A DNA stretch of 62,418 bases, counting the filler, from Choristocarpus tenellus KU-1152 (taxonomy: Eukaryota > Protista > Phaeophyceae): the NCBI GenBank assembly GCA_964200185.2. It is 9 parts of 9 records of this genome, joined end to end, with 100 filler letters (N's around TTAATTAATTAA, not from the genome) between each part and the next. Parts side by side here need not be neighbours in the genome. Positions count along the whole stretch, not along the records: positions 1 to 10,164 come from CAXNAD020003109.1; positions 10,265 to 16,500 come from CAXNAD020008604.1; 7 more parts are not named here. The stretch is one strand, 5' to 3'. A program made the position numbers and the translations under genes. Positions 1 through 12,450 of this stretch are shown here, one piece after another. The notes below the pieces were generated by a model. It saw only the letters and a list, made by a program, of their open reading frames with translations, was not told where the DNA came from and ran no database searches. Numbering within the stretch: position 1 is the stretch's first letter; the number at the start of each line of letters is the position of its first letter.

Positions 1-73
1 TCACCCAAAAATCGCGACATGAAAAATTGACCCCAAATGGATAGCCGCCACCCCCTCCCAGATACTTTGAGCC
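1..73 (+). mobile_element. MITE family A, right-hand part (cut by window start)
   Basis: tcacccaaaaatcgcgacatgaaaaattgaccccaaatgg...cccagatactttgagcc matches the 3' half and TIR of full copies at 6449-6627 and 47007-47182. Confidence 0.9.
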
Positions 74-153
74 AGAAAATGAGAAAGCCAAAGGTTTGGG
101 AAGAAGGGCTAGTGGAGCAGGCCCAAGGCAACTTCTGAGCAATCTTTTCCACA

Positions 154-1240
154 GGGGAGAGGGGGGGTGTCGAGCAGCAAACGTTGAGGTGTCTACTGAG
201 CAGACTGAATTGTATGGGCAAGCCGTGGTAGTGAAATTGACATTGTAGGGCATAATAATCGTGTAGGGTATTTGGTTAATCCAATGGAAATGATAGGTGG
301 AGGACTGAGCGCAATACTAAGGTTGATACACAGGGATAGAACCACTGGTTTATAGTTGTGTCTAGCAGACAGTCGTAGCTTATGCAGTTCTGGTCGGCAA
401 TGCTGAGTTCCCCAGATGTACATAGTAGAACTGACAGATTCGTGCACATAGTAGGGGCAACTGGCTGAATACCCCACGAAATCCATAGTTTTGAGGGGTG
501 GATTGGTTATACTTGACCAGTAGTAGATTGTGCCATTCTCGTTGCCGATATTGATGTTCCTTGGCATGCATGCTGAAATCAGATATTACGGTCCATGGTA
601 GGTTAGTACTTAGCCTGATAATCCATTCGAGTCATAATCAAGAGGATTCAAGCTAATAATAGGGTGGTAACTAGGGATAAGTACACTTGTGTGGAGTCAT
701 GATAAGTTGTAGGTTATGCTGCCCTGGTCGCAAACTTGTATATTCCTTGGCATATTTGATGATATTGACAGATTAGGCCAATTGTAGGGTGATGGCTGGT
801 TTTGATAACCCGTGAAAGTCGTAATGGAGGGGGACATTGGGTCTATATTGATCAGTCACAGATCATGTTGTTCCCATTGCTAACATTGTTGTTCCTGGGC
901 ATTGATGGAAAAAATAGGTGAGACGTACGGGCTCATCTTTATGTGATACTTCATGGAAGAGCCATTAAGGGAAGACATAGGGTAATCATAGGACTAGGAT
1001 AGCAACTAGAACTTGGTGATGAAATGGGAAGGTGAGAGCTCATCGTAGGGCGATACCTAGTGTGATACTTCTTGGAAGATTCACACTGAAAGGACACAGG
1101 GTATTCGTAGGACTGGTAACTAGACACACATAAACTTGGTCAGTGCAATGCTTAAATGATCAGTCTGCGTTTTATATCGCTATGGATACAAACTGCGGTG
1201 TTCCTTAGCATTTGGGATGAAGTAGACAAATTAGGTTACA
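154..1240 (+). mobile_element. Polypurine tract followed by a probable ~1.07-kb 3' LTR with internal degenerate tandem repeats
   Basis: ggggagaggggggg (154-167) immediately followed by TGT (168). Degenerate ~150-180-bp units start near 380, 530, 712 and 862, and a ~119-bp duplication lies at ~942/1061. The end at ...ggttaca (1240) is tentative. Confidence 0.5.
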
Positions 1241-1299
1241 TTGTGGGGTACCTAACTACGGTACTTCAAAGTATAATTTAACGATGCACCGCTACAATG

Positions 1300-1800
1300 C
1301 CACAGACTGCCACAATACCTTTGAGGCGAATCAGTGGTTACCATCACTCTGTGGTGCTCAGGACAGGAGGTCATTTGTGTTTAATTTATCCCAACAAAAA
1401 AAAATGACTGATGGTGTTGTCGGTGTACAGGGTGTGTGGACACTTGAAGCATTTGGTGATAGTTGACCCTGCAGTTGGACTCTTAATTGTTGGCCACAGA
1501 GTTGTCAAGTGTGTTGCGTATCTCATGGATTCCACCCAGATAATTACAAACTGAAATTCCACTTCCCGCGCAACCCACTTGTCACCGTTATCTTAGTACT
1601 ATTTTGAAGAAGAGTTGATGTATGCCATATGTCATAATCTATTTATTGTAACCCCTCGAGACTAGTCACTTACAGAATACCCAAAGTGTCGGTGTACACT
1701 ATCCATGAACATGCTATTAAAGGAACTGGTTGAGACTTTACTAGTTGCAGTGGACTTTGGGATTTAGGGCACTGGTGTGCCAAGCACATCTGATCTAACT
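1300..1800 (-). pseudogene. Decayed Ty1/Copia integrase fragment
   Basis: Minus-strand translation VYTDTLGIL*VTSLEG and DNGDKW resembles the Copia VHTDxxGP..VxSxGG and SDNGGEF motifs; many stops. Confidence 0.4.
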
Positions 1801-2027
1801 GGCTCCTCCCAGGAGATATAACCTATCAGACCCCCTCCTCCTCGCCCTCAATTGCCTTCACTAAAAGACAGTGCCAAGGTTGATACAGCAAAATTTAAAC
1901 GCAATTCACTCTGGTTTTGGCAGAGGATAGGTCAGAAGATCTGAAAGAGGTAAAAATAGGAAAGTTAGCATTTGGGGGGGGAGGTAGAGGCGGCACAACT
2001 TGAGGGAGACCTTTGTGAAAGAAAGGT

Positions 2028-2076
2028 AAAGGGAAGGGGAGAGGAGGGGAGGGAAGGGGAGGGAAGGGGAGGGAAG
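2028..2076 (+). repeat. Polypurine (GGGAA/GGGGA) simple repeat
   Basis: aaagggaaggggagaggaggggagggaaggggagggaaggggagggaag read directly. Confidence 0.85.
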
Positions 2077-4912
2077 GTTGGGGTATGAGAATCACAGTGG
2101 TGTGAGCTCAGTAAGAAGGGGTGCAAATACCAAATAACTTCAGCACTAGTGACAGGCAATATTTGTAATCAAAAGTCCAATCAAGGGTACACCTTTATAG
2201 AAACAGAGAGGATGAACATAGATGAGGGAAACCTACCAACACTAAAGATGAAATGCAAGAAATGGATACATGAAATATGATAATCTTATTGATGTTGACA
2301 CCAACGCAAGACCCTGGGGAAGATCTTTGGTCTATGCCAAGAGAAAACAAAACCCCTTCGTAAATATCACCACCACAACAAATACTAGGCGATTGTATCT
2401 ATCAGGGAGTGAATGCAGACCCTTGGGGGATCACCTATATATTCTACAACAAAGGGAACAAAACACATCCCTGAATAAGGAATAATGCTAGAAGCAATTT
2501 ATCCTCCGTCAAAACAATATATCATCATTGAAATGTAGGAGGCTGCCCTATACTATTATTCTCTTGCTACAAGCAACCTAGGAGGATACCACCCACCATT
2601 CTTTCTCCCTAATGTGTGTCATATATCAGCATATTTTCTCTCAGGCATCTGATCCTTACACAACAATGCACACACACCCCTCCTTTGTTTGAGGTACCTG
2701 ATCTCTTCTTCATCCCGTCAAAAAATTCTAGACAGGGGAATCTATGTGGAGCAGACAAAGTCTATCTACTTGGGCAAGGTATTTTTCTAATACGATTACT
2801 TGTCCCATCCTTCTGCACCCAGGTCCAGGTTTCATCTCATGTACTCAGGGTATAATTGCTCTGTCTTCTCCACTTTCCCCCTTTTCATCCTAAAATCAAG
2901 CATAAAAGTAAAAGGTATAAGCTATGTCATAACAATGTAAGGTTTACCCAGTATAATAGCTTGCATCTGTTTTATGTTGTTGATTTGAAAGAACAGTAAC
3001 TCAATATTTTGCAATGATCAAAATTCAATGTGCAAAAAAAGGGTACTGCCTATTAACTATTTGTGGAAACTAGGAAATGACACAACTTGTTTTATGTTGT
3101 CATTAACTTGAAGCATTTCATGACGAGATTCCTTCAATTTAGTCTGTCATTGCTGAATTTACCAAACTCTACACTCAAAACATGAAGTAGACTTTACCAA
3201 GCTAAGATATCTTAAAGTGATTAATATTCTGTTCATTTTAGTTATTGCAACTGCAGTCATGAAGTTATTGTAGTCGGTATCAAAGTCCCTTGCACTCAAT
3301 CAGATCATTAGACTGGTAGTGTGACAGTCAGTGTAAAGTACAAATCTCTTCACATTTTTTTCTTGTTTTGAACAAAAACAAACATTCTGCTGCTAGTGGT
3401 CTAAAGTTGGTGTGATAAGTTGCAAAATTTGGAACTGTGGTAAACTCTAGCAACAATAACTTGAACGTAATTCACAGGACAAACCCTTCAGTACACAATT
3501 CCTCAATCACACTTCAATTATATTCCTTTCTTTTGACATCTTAATTAAAAGTGGTTCCAATGGATGGAGTGAAATTCCTAGTGTTTACTGTGACCAGTTC
3601 ATTCAAATAATAAAGTCTGACGAAGTACTATGCAACTCCCTGGTTCTTTCTTGAATCACCATAGGAAAGGAAAGGAATATACGAATCATTGAGCTTTTTA
3701 TCTACGACCCAAAGCAGATAGTTCTGAACCATTGCTGACTCATGACCTATCTTTGAGCAGATGCATCCTCCAGCACCTCTTAGCTTTTAGCACCATGGCC
3801 CATGCACTTCTTGTCCTCGTCATGCACCTGTGTCTTTTGTTGGTGTGCCTCCTTGACTTTTCCCCATTGTTAACTGAGACTCAAGCTGATACAGAGAACT
3901 GCTGAACAGGAAATAGACCAACTCATGTTGAGTGTTATAAATGGTAGCCACAAGGCACTAGGTTATTAATGTATTACTTTTGTATCTGTAAACAGTGGTA
4001 AGCAAGTGACTAGACAATGACGGAAATAGGTGTGTGAGGAGTAACCTTGGTCCTCCAAGTGACTGGCCATCTGTGCTTACAAAATATTGTAGCAGGTTGG
4101 TTAGAACAGCAGAACATTCACACGAGATAAGTGAATTACATGAGCACACCTTCCAATCAGGTCAGATCATGGGCAACAAGTTCATTGGGTTTCCTATGCT
4201 AACTCTGTGCGAATTTTTACTCTTCAAGCATTATGTATCTATCACTGTTGTAGGCGCATAGTTGAGGTGCTGTGTTGAACCACCTGAAAATGAGAAGATA
4301 TAAAGAAATGTGAACTACCATTATCTAAGTAGTTATTCCTGCTACAATGTATCTTTCCCACCATTTCCACAATCACCACTATACTCTCTTATACTATTGA
4401 TGCTACTATTATGACCACCACTATTGATACCTGAGAGAGAACACAAAGAAACAGTACACGGGCAGATGAAGGCAGTGCACCACAAACACACAAGAGTAGC
4501 ACACAAAAAGAAACTTGATGAATCGCACGGCTGGCAGAGGAGCACATTCTCTTCTCCAGGGTCCTCAAAATGAAGCAGAATAAATGCACATGCGCTTGAC
4601 ATCATGCCAGCATTCGCTTGATATTGAGCTGGGCTCCTCGCCAGTATTGTAAACCCCTTCCAAAATATGCCCATCTTGTTCAACTCCACAAAATGAAATG
4701 AACCTCAAATCTAAATTTTTGAAAATATCCCAACCTGGTCGCAAAAATTGAGTCAATAGATTAGAAAAAACTCCGCCTTGTGGATAATCTGTAGCGCTTC
4801 CCACATGAACTTTGGATAGTCGAAACCAGATTTCCCTGGAGGAAGAGCTGGTGTTGAGGGGGTTCAAACCCACAGAAGTAGTTCAGGGGACGCTGTCTAT
4901 GAAGCCACTGAG

Positions 4913-7900
4913 CTATGAGGACAATGGAGCAATGTTTTCGGTTTGAAGCCTTGACCCTACCACTCCTAAAACGTGGTAGACTTCCAGTGGGACAAGTTGT
5001 TCGTAGTGCCTGCAAGTGGAATATGAATAGACATGAGGCTGTGTCACGCAAGACAGCACAGTAGGGAGTGTTCAAACATGTAATTTTTCCTGTCCTCGCA
5101 TTAGTCATATGCTTCAGAGTCAAAATATCTTAGAGGGTAGAGCCACGCTCGTTTGGGAGTCGAAATCCGATATTGCGACTTTGTTGTAATTTTGGCTATC
5201 GTGTTTGTTAGGAAGTGTCAATATACTTGCTCCAGGTACACCTTTTCATGATGCATACATTTTATCTACTCTGAAACATTTGAGAGTAGGTAAAATATCA
5301 TAAAAAACCAGTGGGAAGTGAAGCCCAAACAGAAAAATAGGGCAAAACTAGTTCCCTCTAAGATACTTTCACTCTCATGATTATCACTTCTAGAGCTTTT
5401 TTTGGTGTCGTTGGCTTAGTGGGAGGTGGCACACAGGATGCATGTTAGTGCATATAGATGTGGCAAAGGGCAGCGGGGAGGCATGGATAAAACACTGCTT
5501 TGGGTATTGATATTTTCTTTACTTGGTATGTTTTCAAAGTATCTTAAAGTACACTCTTCTCTGGTTACCTCTTGTTTACTTTGACTCATTCTCATCGACA
5601 CAGTATGCAACATACCACATCCTAGTCACTTCATGATATCATAGTGATTCTGTCATGTCGCTTCTGTCTTCGCTAGGAACATACCGAGCGTCTTTTGTGG
5701 CCCAATCTTGTCCCTTCACGATATTATAAGCAGGAATTATGGGCACCCCATAGCGGTTCATAATGCTAGAGGCCCTCTTGTTGAGGTTCTTCACCCCAGA
5801 GTCTCCGAAAAATCCTGGTAGCGCAAATGAAAAAGTGCATTAGAGAAAAAAATTCAAAACAAAATGCAGATTTTTATTTGCAGATATTCTTGTAATAGAA
5901 TGTACAGTAGTAGTTCATTATCGCATTGTGTCATCATGCCTCTTACCCTCTCCTCTACTCAACTATGCAATAGTGATCTGGGAAGAAGTTTGGAGGGGGT
6001 TATGTTGGTCTGAGTGTGAGCTCTTTTCTGGTGTCTCTCAGCTCAAAGTATCTTGGGGGGGGGGGGGTTCTAGACCAGAGCGTCCATTCGGGTCCTAACC
6101 AGGAAAAGTGTACTTACACTATCCATCCAAATCATGCAACCAAACCACACAAACACTGCAACATGGAAAAATGGATCCCACATGGACAGCCACCGCCCTC
6201 CCCCAGATACTTTGAGCCTCTCAAGGCAAAAGCAGTAGTTGTTCCAAAGTATGCAACATAGCTGAACTATACATAAAGTAGGAGATAAAACTACATTGTG
6301 AAAATAAATAGTATTAAGCCCAGGATCCAATATTGATATAGCAGAACTCCATGGGAGAACAAAATTTGGCCTCTTTTTGAGGGTGAGAGGAGTAACACTT
6401 GAGCCGCTTGACCTTCATACCTCAACTGCCCGTAGTTCTACTCTTATTGACCCAAAGTATCCGGGAGGGGGGGGGCGGTCTACACCAGAGTGTCCAATTG
6501 GATCAAAATCAGGAAAAGTGCATTTACAGTATCCATCCATCGTATGCAACCAAATCACCCAAAAATCGCGACATGAAGAAATTGACCCCAAATGGACAGC
6601 AGTCACCCCCTCCCAATACTTTGTGCCATTCAAGTTGTAGGTAGTCCTCGGGCATGGATCTACACTCTGAGACAATGTACTTCAAACTCACCTTGCTCAC
6701 ATATGTCGACAGCAGAACGGTTACCTTCTACCTTCGTCGTCTTGTCTACCTTTGGGTACTTGCCAATCTGCCCAGGACCAGATGTTTGGGCATTTAGCTG
6801 CATTGTATATGGGGCTGAGAAATGAAAGGATAGTGAAGCTGTTGCATATTGATCAAGTCACACCCAATTCAACAGCTGTTAGTATAGAATACTTTAATTT
6901 TTCTTAGCTTCAATACTATTTTCAAAAACTGCACATATATACAACTATTTCTATTCCTTTATTATCTTGCCATCTTCTTGCAGGTCAATATGCGATGGAT
7001 ATTTCCATTGTTGTAATCCTTGAGAGTTGTCAGGTAGCTTCCGGTGAATTTGTTCTCGGCTACAGAATGTGTTGTCATGAATGCCTCCCCTAAGTAGCCT
7101 TCACGTTTTGAGTTGTTCCTCCTATAGGCTTTGATTGCACTTTCCAGGTAGGCCTCATAGTGCAGCCATCTGTGGTTGGTTGTACCATAGTTAGCGTATT
7201 GAATAGTGGGATAGACTCAAAGTTCGGCAGGCGTAAACACTGAAAATTTTGACATGATTAGTGATTGCAACCGTGAAACAGAAATCTAGGTGACGGAGTG
7301 ATGTGGCAGAATAAAATGAATTGTCATTGAACTCTTAATATTGTTAGTTTCCTTGACATTCATACTATTCTGCCACTCAAATTCAGTTGAGATTGCACAC
7401 AAGGGTAGAAAAATAATCATAATGTGTAGAGATGATGGGTGACTGCATGGGCCCAAATCTAGATTACTGGTATATTACCATAGTGAGGATTCACAGTTGG
7501 ATCTACAAAATCCATTCAAATAGTTCTATCAATGTGGGTTGACAGGAATTCTGGTGGAGCGCTGGTGGACAGGTGCCGAGCGATGAATATTCTTGAGTAC
7601 AGATCTGAGTGGAGGCATGAAACAGTTTGTATGAACAGCATACCTTGACATGGGATCATGTTTCAGTGCTGCCAAAATTCAAAATGTGTAGCTCAAAGTA
7701 TCTGAGGGGGTGACGGATGTCCATTCGGGGCAAATTTTCCCATCATGTCTCGATTTTTGGGTGATTTGGTTGCATGCGTTGGATGGATAATGTAAGTGCA
7801 CTTCTCCTGATGAGGGCCCGAATGTGCACCCTGGTGTAGACCCGCCCCCTGCCCCATATACTTTGAGCCTGTGCAAGTGATTGGTGAAACCTGAGAACCT

Positions 7901-9901
7901 CAATTGTTCATATTATTCATATCAGCTAGAGCCTCTAAAATGCCAGTTCTGTATAAGAGATTAATCTTGCGTTAGATAATTGGTTAAGAATATGATTACC
8001 TCAATTATTCAGAGAAGAGGACTACCCACGATATAGTAGTGGAATCAAACCTATAACAGTGAGTAGCTTGTTTCAGCAGGAAGGCACACAGAGACTCATG
8101 TTGTTTATCATGTTCCTTACAAGAAATTACCGTGTCTCTGCACTGTGTACCCAAAGGGATAAGAATTGATACATAATCCTCAATGCATGGCTTTCAGTTG
8201 ATGGCAATGGCCACCAAACTGTACACCATGCTCCTCAAAGTTCTCGCAATACAAAAGTGGCACAAGCGCGTTCATTTCTGCCTTCTTTAGATCAAAGAAC
8301 CCGCCTAGCTTCGTGATGCAAGCATAAGTCGTGCCACTGGTTCTGTAGTCGTGCTGCTTCTTCATTGATGGACCTAGGCTAAACAGGGGAATGCCCTAGG
8401 CAGCAAATGGTGGCAAGTGCGTATACATGGGGCTCTCACCTATTGAGAGCTACAGCATTCTCAGTCCGCACTGGGATCAGGTGCAGAAGGTGCAGTCCAC
8501 AACCGAAGTATACAAAGTCAGCCTCAGCACGGACATCCACACAGGTTTCCCATACCTAGTGGTAGAATATGGACGTGGAAAAATCGGACCACCTAGTGAA
8601 TTCTTGCTACTCCTGACAAGAAGATACCTGGTAGCAGGAATATTGGTACGTAGGGGACTGGGGGTTCATAGTTTCCTGGTATTTGATAGTTTTTCTGCCT
8701 TACTCTCTCCTGTCTCTAGGAACTAATGTTGGTTGTCACTCACATGTATGTAGCTGACATGCAACACACTGTTGCCCCCACCAATGCCGGTTGCCTGGTC
8801 ACCACAGTTGATATGCAGGTTGTGGTCTACATGATCTAGACTGCGACCGTGCTCAAAATGGCATTGGGGTGTGCCATCCTCAGCAATCCGTTCAGATAGG
8901 AAAATTCCTAGAGTATGTATTTGCATCTGGTGGGAACAAGTTGCGGAAGCACAACTAAGGTGTCAAAACAAATACCAACACCATAGGATCTTATATTTAA
9001 GGTATCTTTACCACAGGGTACTTAAGTGGCACCCGAAACCCGTTGAGAGAGACATGGCCATCACCCCTTTCACCTCTCCCTCCATATGTTTACATCTCCA
9101 CATATTTCCGAAATTAGACAACTTAAATCTGGCAATCGATCACCAAACTCTATCATATAGTGATATTCCTTGCCCTGGGACCCTTCTGTGAGACCAAGGT
9201 ATTCTATTGAACACAGAAGGTTGGCACCCTGATATAAGGTACGCCCTCAACCGTGCTCACTATGTCAGAGCTGGCAGATTGTGACATGTCCGCTTGATAA
9301 AAAGAGACAGAACATATGCAGTGATTCTAAAAATGGAATGTCGCTCCTGAGTGGAAGCATTCAAAGGCTGGCAGTGAGACACCATGAAATAGGCCATCAA
9401 ATTGAAACCTTTCATGAGTACGAAGAATTTCATACTAAGATAGCCTGCAAGTTGTTAGACAGTAGAAAAAGATGTATGGGCACATGAGTGCAGCAACTAG
9501 GTCCTTCCAAAATGGTTGTGCTCAGGGATGTCATCAACCGAAAACGCTGACAATCTTACCAACCTTGACTGTACTGTCCCCAACAAAAATCAGAGTGAGA
9601 GCAGCATCTCTATTGGCACCATTTGGAAGAACTCGGCCTGATCTGTTAACCAGATGCTTCAACAATTGTTCAGTGGAATTGGTGCTGCGCTCCCCCCTGC
9701 TGTTCACTAGTCGCTGCTCGGCCATGTAGAGGATATAGTCCATTTGCCCATTTAGCGTAGTGTTCCTGACAGTGAAACAGCAACAGGTTTTGGATTTGGC
9801 ATCTCCAGCAGTACATCCAGCTAGACCAATGCCTACCTGGGACAGAATGGTGCACTCGAGCAACTTACCATAAGGAATGTAACGCTAACGGATGCTAGCA
9901 T
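4913..9901 (-). CDS. Secreted/endomembrane SGNH-fold esterase/O-acyltransferase-like protein (PC-esterase/TBL/CAS1-type motifs), ~366 aa, 9 exons
   Basis: Phase-consistent exons 9901-9837, 9765-9560, 8907-8744, 8675-8628, 8555-8440, 7169-6971, 6767-6692, 5814-5685, 5009-4913 (1101 nt). Hydrophobic N-terminus MLASVSVTFLMVSCSSA; motifs LIFVGDST, ADFVYFGCGLHLLHL, FMTTHSV, N..A..IMNRYGVPII, and KDAR|HY (DxxH across a splice junction). Intron 6 needs a GC donor; the first and last exon limits are less certain. Confidence 0.75.
5117..5374 (+). mobile_element. MITE family B, full copy (~258 bp), intronic
   Basis: TIRs gagtcaaaatatcttagaggg / ccctctaagatactttcactc; TSD tca/tca; homologous to 45782-46035. 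Confidence 0.85.
6040..6218 (+). mobile_element. MITE family A, full copy
   Basis: TIRs agctcaaagtatc / gatactttgagcc; 4-bp TSD tctc. Confidence 0.9.
6449..6627 (+). mobile_element. MITE family A, full copy
   Basis: TIRs gacccaaagtatc / aatactttgtgcc; 3-bp TSD att. Confidence 0.9.
7250..7680 (-). pseudogene. Highly decayed Gypsy integrase-like fragment inside an intron
   Basis: Minus-strand MDFVDPTVNPHYGNIPVI resembles the integrase MDFVGPLP...GN.YIL motif; otherwise degenerate. Confidence 0.3.
7690..7869 (-). mobile_element. MITE family A, full copy (reverse)
   Basis: TIRs agctcaaagtatc / tatactttgagcc; 3-bp TSD tgt. Confidence 0.9.
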
Positions 9902-10140
9902 TCAACAAAGGCAGACCCTGGTGCTCTTTGTTGCAAGTCTAATTTCATGCCAGTCATGAAGAGAACAGCACTTGTTGCAGTGCTTTTGTTAAAACATAGG
10001 CTACTCATTTGTTCCTTGTTGATATGATACACATCTACCAGCTTGTACTGACTGTTGCTTGGTGCACTGCACTGGTTGTTAGTGTTCATTTATTTATTGC
10101 GCATTCCAACTCATCATCTCATCGATGACAGTAGATAGAA

Positions 10141-10164
10141 GACCCAAAGTAACTGGGAGGGGGG
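10141..10164 (+). mobile_element. MITE family A terminus at contig end
   Basis: gacccaaagtaactgggagggggg runs into the linker. Confidence 0.7.
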
Positions 10165-10264
10165 NNNNNNNNNNNNNNNNNNNNNNNNNNNNNNNNNNNN
10201 NNNNNNNNTTAATTAATTAANNNNNNNNNNNNNNNNNNNNNNNNNNNNNNNNNNNNNNNNNNNN
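10165..10264. other. Artificial contig linker (N44-TTAATTAATTAA-N44)
   Basis: Identical 100-bp six-frame-stop linker occurs 8 times. Confidence 0.99.
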
Positions 10265-10284
10265 CCCCCCAGACCCTTTGGGCC
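10265..10284. mobile_element. MITE family A terminus at contig start
   Basis: ccccccagaccctttgggcc is a degenerate TIR; its flank differs from the 10141 copy, so it is a different insertion. Confidence 0.6.
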
Positions 10285-10346
10285 ATCACCTTCTTTTGAA
10301 GCCTTGCTATTTCCTTGTCTGAACGGATTAGGAAATATTCCCAGAT

Positions 10347-11488
10347 GTGAAGCAGATTTTTTTCATAGCAGAAATAAGAAAGGAAATATTTGTTCGTTTT
10401 TGTGGATGTGGTACATGGCCAGGAAAGATTGTGCGTTTAGTGACAGCTTGTTATGGCACCAAACAGGCTAGAAGGGAGCTTAACATATTGTTGGTGCCCA
10501 TTTTGGAACGGTGTGGTTTTGAGCAATGCAGAGCAGATCCCTGTGTGTTACGATCTGTAAGAAATGGCGTTGTTTGTGCTGTGATAGCCCCCCATGTAGG
10601 CGACCTTTTAGAGCTGGTATAAAGACATTTTGATTGGGTTCACTCTAGAATCAAGGAGCAGTTTTCTGTAGAAGATTTTGGTGATCTTGAGTATTATATG
10701 GGTTGTGAGATTTCACGTGAAAGAATTGCACAGACTGTCACCATCAGTTGGAATAGGTACATTAAGATTGTTTGTCAAAGATTTGGTATGATGGGGCAAA
10801 GAAGAGGGCGGTACCCCATGATCTCTCAAGGACTCTAGACAAGAGTGAGGATCATCCAAGTGTTGATGAAAATACACCGTACAAAGAGGCAGTTGGTAGT
10901 CTGATGTGGGCATCTGTTATGACTAGGCTGGACGTTGCAAATGCAGTTCATGAAGTTGCCAAGTACCGTAGCAATCCCAAAGTCACACATTGGCGTGCAG
11001 TGAAGTGTATCTTAGCATATTTGAATACGTGTCCTAGTGTTGGATCGAGTTTTGGTGGTTTTGATACTGAGTGTGAGTTGAGTGCGTATGCAGATGCTAG
11101 TTATTCTGGAGACTGGAATGATCATAGATCAGTGACTGGAGGAGCAGATGTTTGCAGGAGGAGCAATATTTTGGATATCAAAGATACAAAGAGTTGTTGC
11201 TCTGTCTTTCACGGAGAGTGAGTATATAGCTCTTAGCAGTGTGGCGCAGGAATTGCTTTTTAGTTTTCTAGGCGGTGCATTGACATGTTTGAGGATAACA
11301 ATGATGCATACAAACTAGTACGAAATGCCGAACGCTTCATTGATGTCCGATACCATTTTCTGAGGGACTTAGCTAGAAAAGGAGAGATTTGTGTTGTCTT
11401 TGTTGGTACTGCAAATCAGAGAGCAGATGTGTTGACCAAGAATTTGCCAGTTCGATTTGTTAGACAGCATGTGGAGTTGAGCATGTAA
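10347..11488 (+). pseudogene. Ty1/Copia reverse transcriptase-RNase H pseudogene
   Basis: CYGTKQARRE, ADPCV, HVGDLL, PYKEAVGSLMW...TRLDVANAV, HWRAVKCILAYL, AYADASY..D..D.RSVTG, FIDVRYHFLRD, QRADVLTK; frameshifts and stops. Confidence 0.92.
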
Positions 11489-11555
11489 GGTAACTTGTGT
11501 ATTGTATTTTTTTTGTTACTGAGTGATTGATTGAGAGTTAATACTTGTTTTCAGC

Positions 11556-11760
11556 AAGGAGAAGATGTCGAATAACCGAGTGTTATCCTAACGTTGTCTG
11601 TGCTGATACAAGTGTATAACATAGGTTTCATGTACGTTTATATTTGGTTTGGTGCAATACCAGTCATAACGTGCAAGTGGTATGATAAGCAACGGTATTA
11701 TGAGTCAGTGTTGGACTCCCAGTGGGCAATTAATGACTCAGTTTATGTTTTACCATGTAA
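11556..11760 (+). mobile_element. Copia PPT and start of 3' LTR
   Basis: aaggagaaga followed by TGTCG at 11566, downstream of RNase H; LTR end not determined. Confidence 0.55.
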
Positions 11761-11761
11761 C

Positions 11762-12450
11762 TCAACTACTAGCTTTCATGACGAGCTTTACACATTCACC
11801 AAGCTCTTCAACAGAGTACCCTAGCGCTTCTCCTTTCTTAATTTGTATGTTCCACTCGATGACAAGGGCTCGACCACTGCAAATGATCCACCTTGCTTCT
11901 GTTTTCCAAACGAAAGCTTTCCAAACATCAATATATGGGTAGTTGCTCATCCCCCATGCGAGAAACTGTTCCAGCAAATAGGACCCTTCAGCATTGCGCA
12001 CCATTGCTTCAATACTCTCACATCCAGTCTTCCTAAGAGCATCTTTGCAGGAGAGGATAATATCAGGGCGTTCCCATCTGCAGATACCTATGCAGTGGAG
12101 GAGAAATTTGTGGTGGTGGGAGTGGAGTTCAGATATTGACCATGGCGGAATATCACAACCACATATCAGAACTTCGAGTATTTCAACTTTGAGCATTCAT
12201 ATCTTAAACTCAAGTGAGACATATGAGGTCCTGTTGTAAGGAACTCGACTGTGTATGTCAAAAGAAAATCCAAGCTTTCTGAATCCAACAGACGAACTAG
12301 TAGTCAAAATTCAAAGCACCTTTCAAACAGAAGAAATGTTCATTCATCGTTCATACCAAACCCATGGATTGGGTGCTTTTGGCCCATTGTATGCTAGATG
12401 GGGAGGGGGCTTATCCTTGGTCGTCCATATGGGGCTTGATGGGGTGTTGC
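11762..12450 (-). pseudogene. RTE-clade LINE ORF 3' fragment
   Basis: MLKVEILEVLICGC...LHSHHHKFLLHCIG...ILSCKDALRKTGCESIEAMVR resembles the C-terminal region of brown-algal RTE elements. Confidence 0.75.

Noticed and set aside
380-1140. CRISPR-like repeat-spacer array
   Set aside because: The units are long and degenerate, lack identical short repeats with unique spacers, have no cas genes nearby, and sit in a eukaryotic LTR context
2150-4700. Additional genes in short ORFs
   Set aside because: No consistent exon chain or recognisable domain; likely decayed retroelement (gag-like) sequence and 3' UTR
6016-6675. Recurrent small ORF family (KYLGGGG...HQSVHLGQNQEKC...PPPRYFEP), also at 17176 and 46995
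   Set aside because: These are translations of the non-coding MITE-A; frames, starts and stops are not conserved between copies
8180-8365. LINE RT fragment (FFDLKKA)
   Set aside because: A single short motif in an intron; not enough to call
9534-9863. LINE endonuclease (and a chromodomain at ~7100-7170, DIRS ORF at 4761-5123)
   Set aside because: These segments have proper splice sites and join in phase into the SGNH gene
10141-10284. One MITE-A spanning the gap, implying the two contigs are adjacent
   Set aside because: The flanks (agaa versus atca) form no TSD and the linker is artificial
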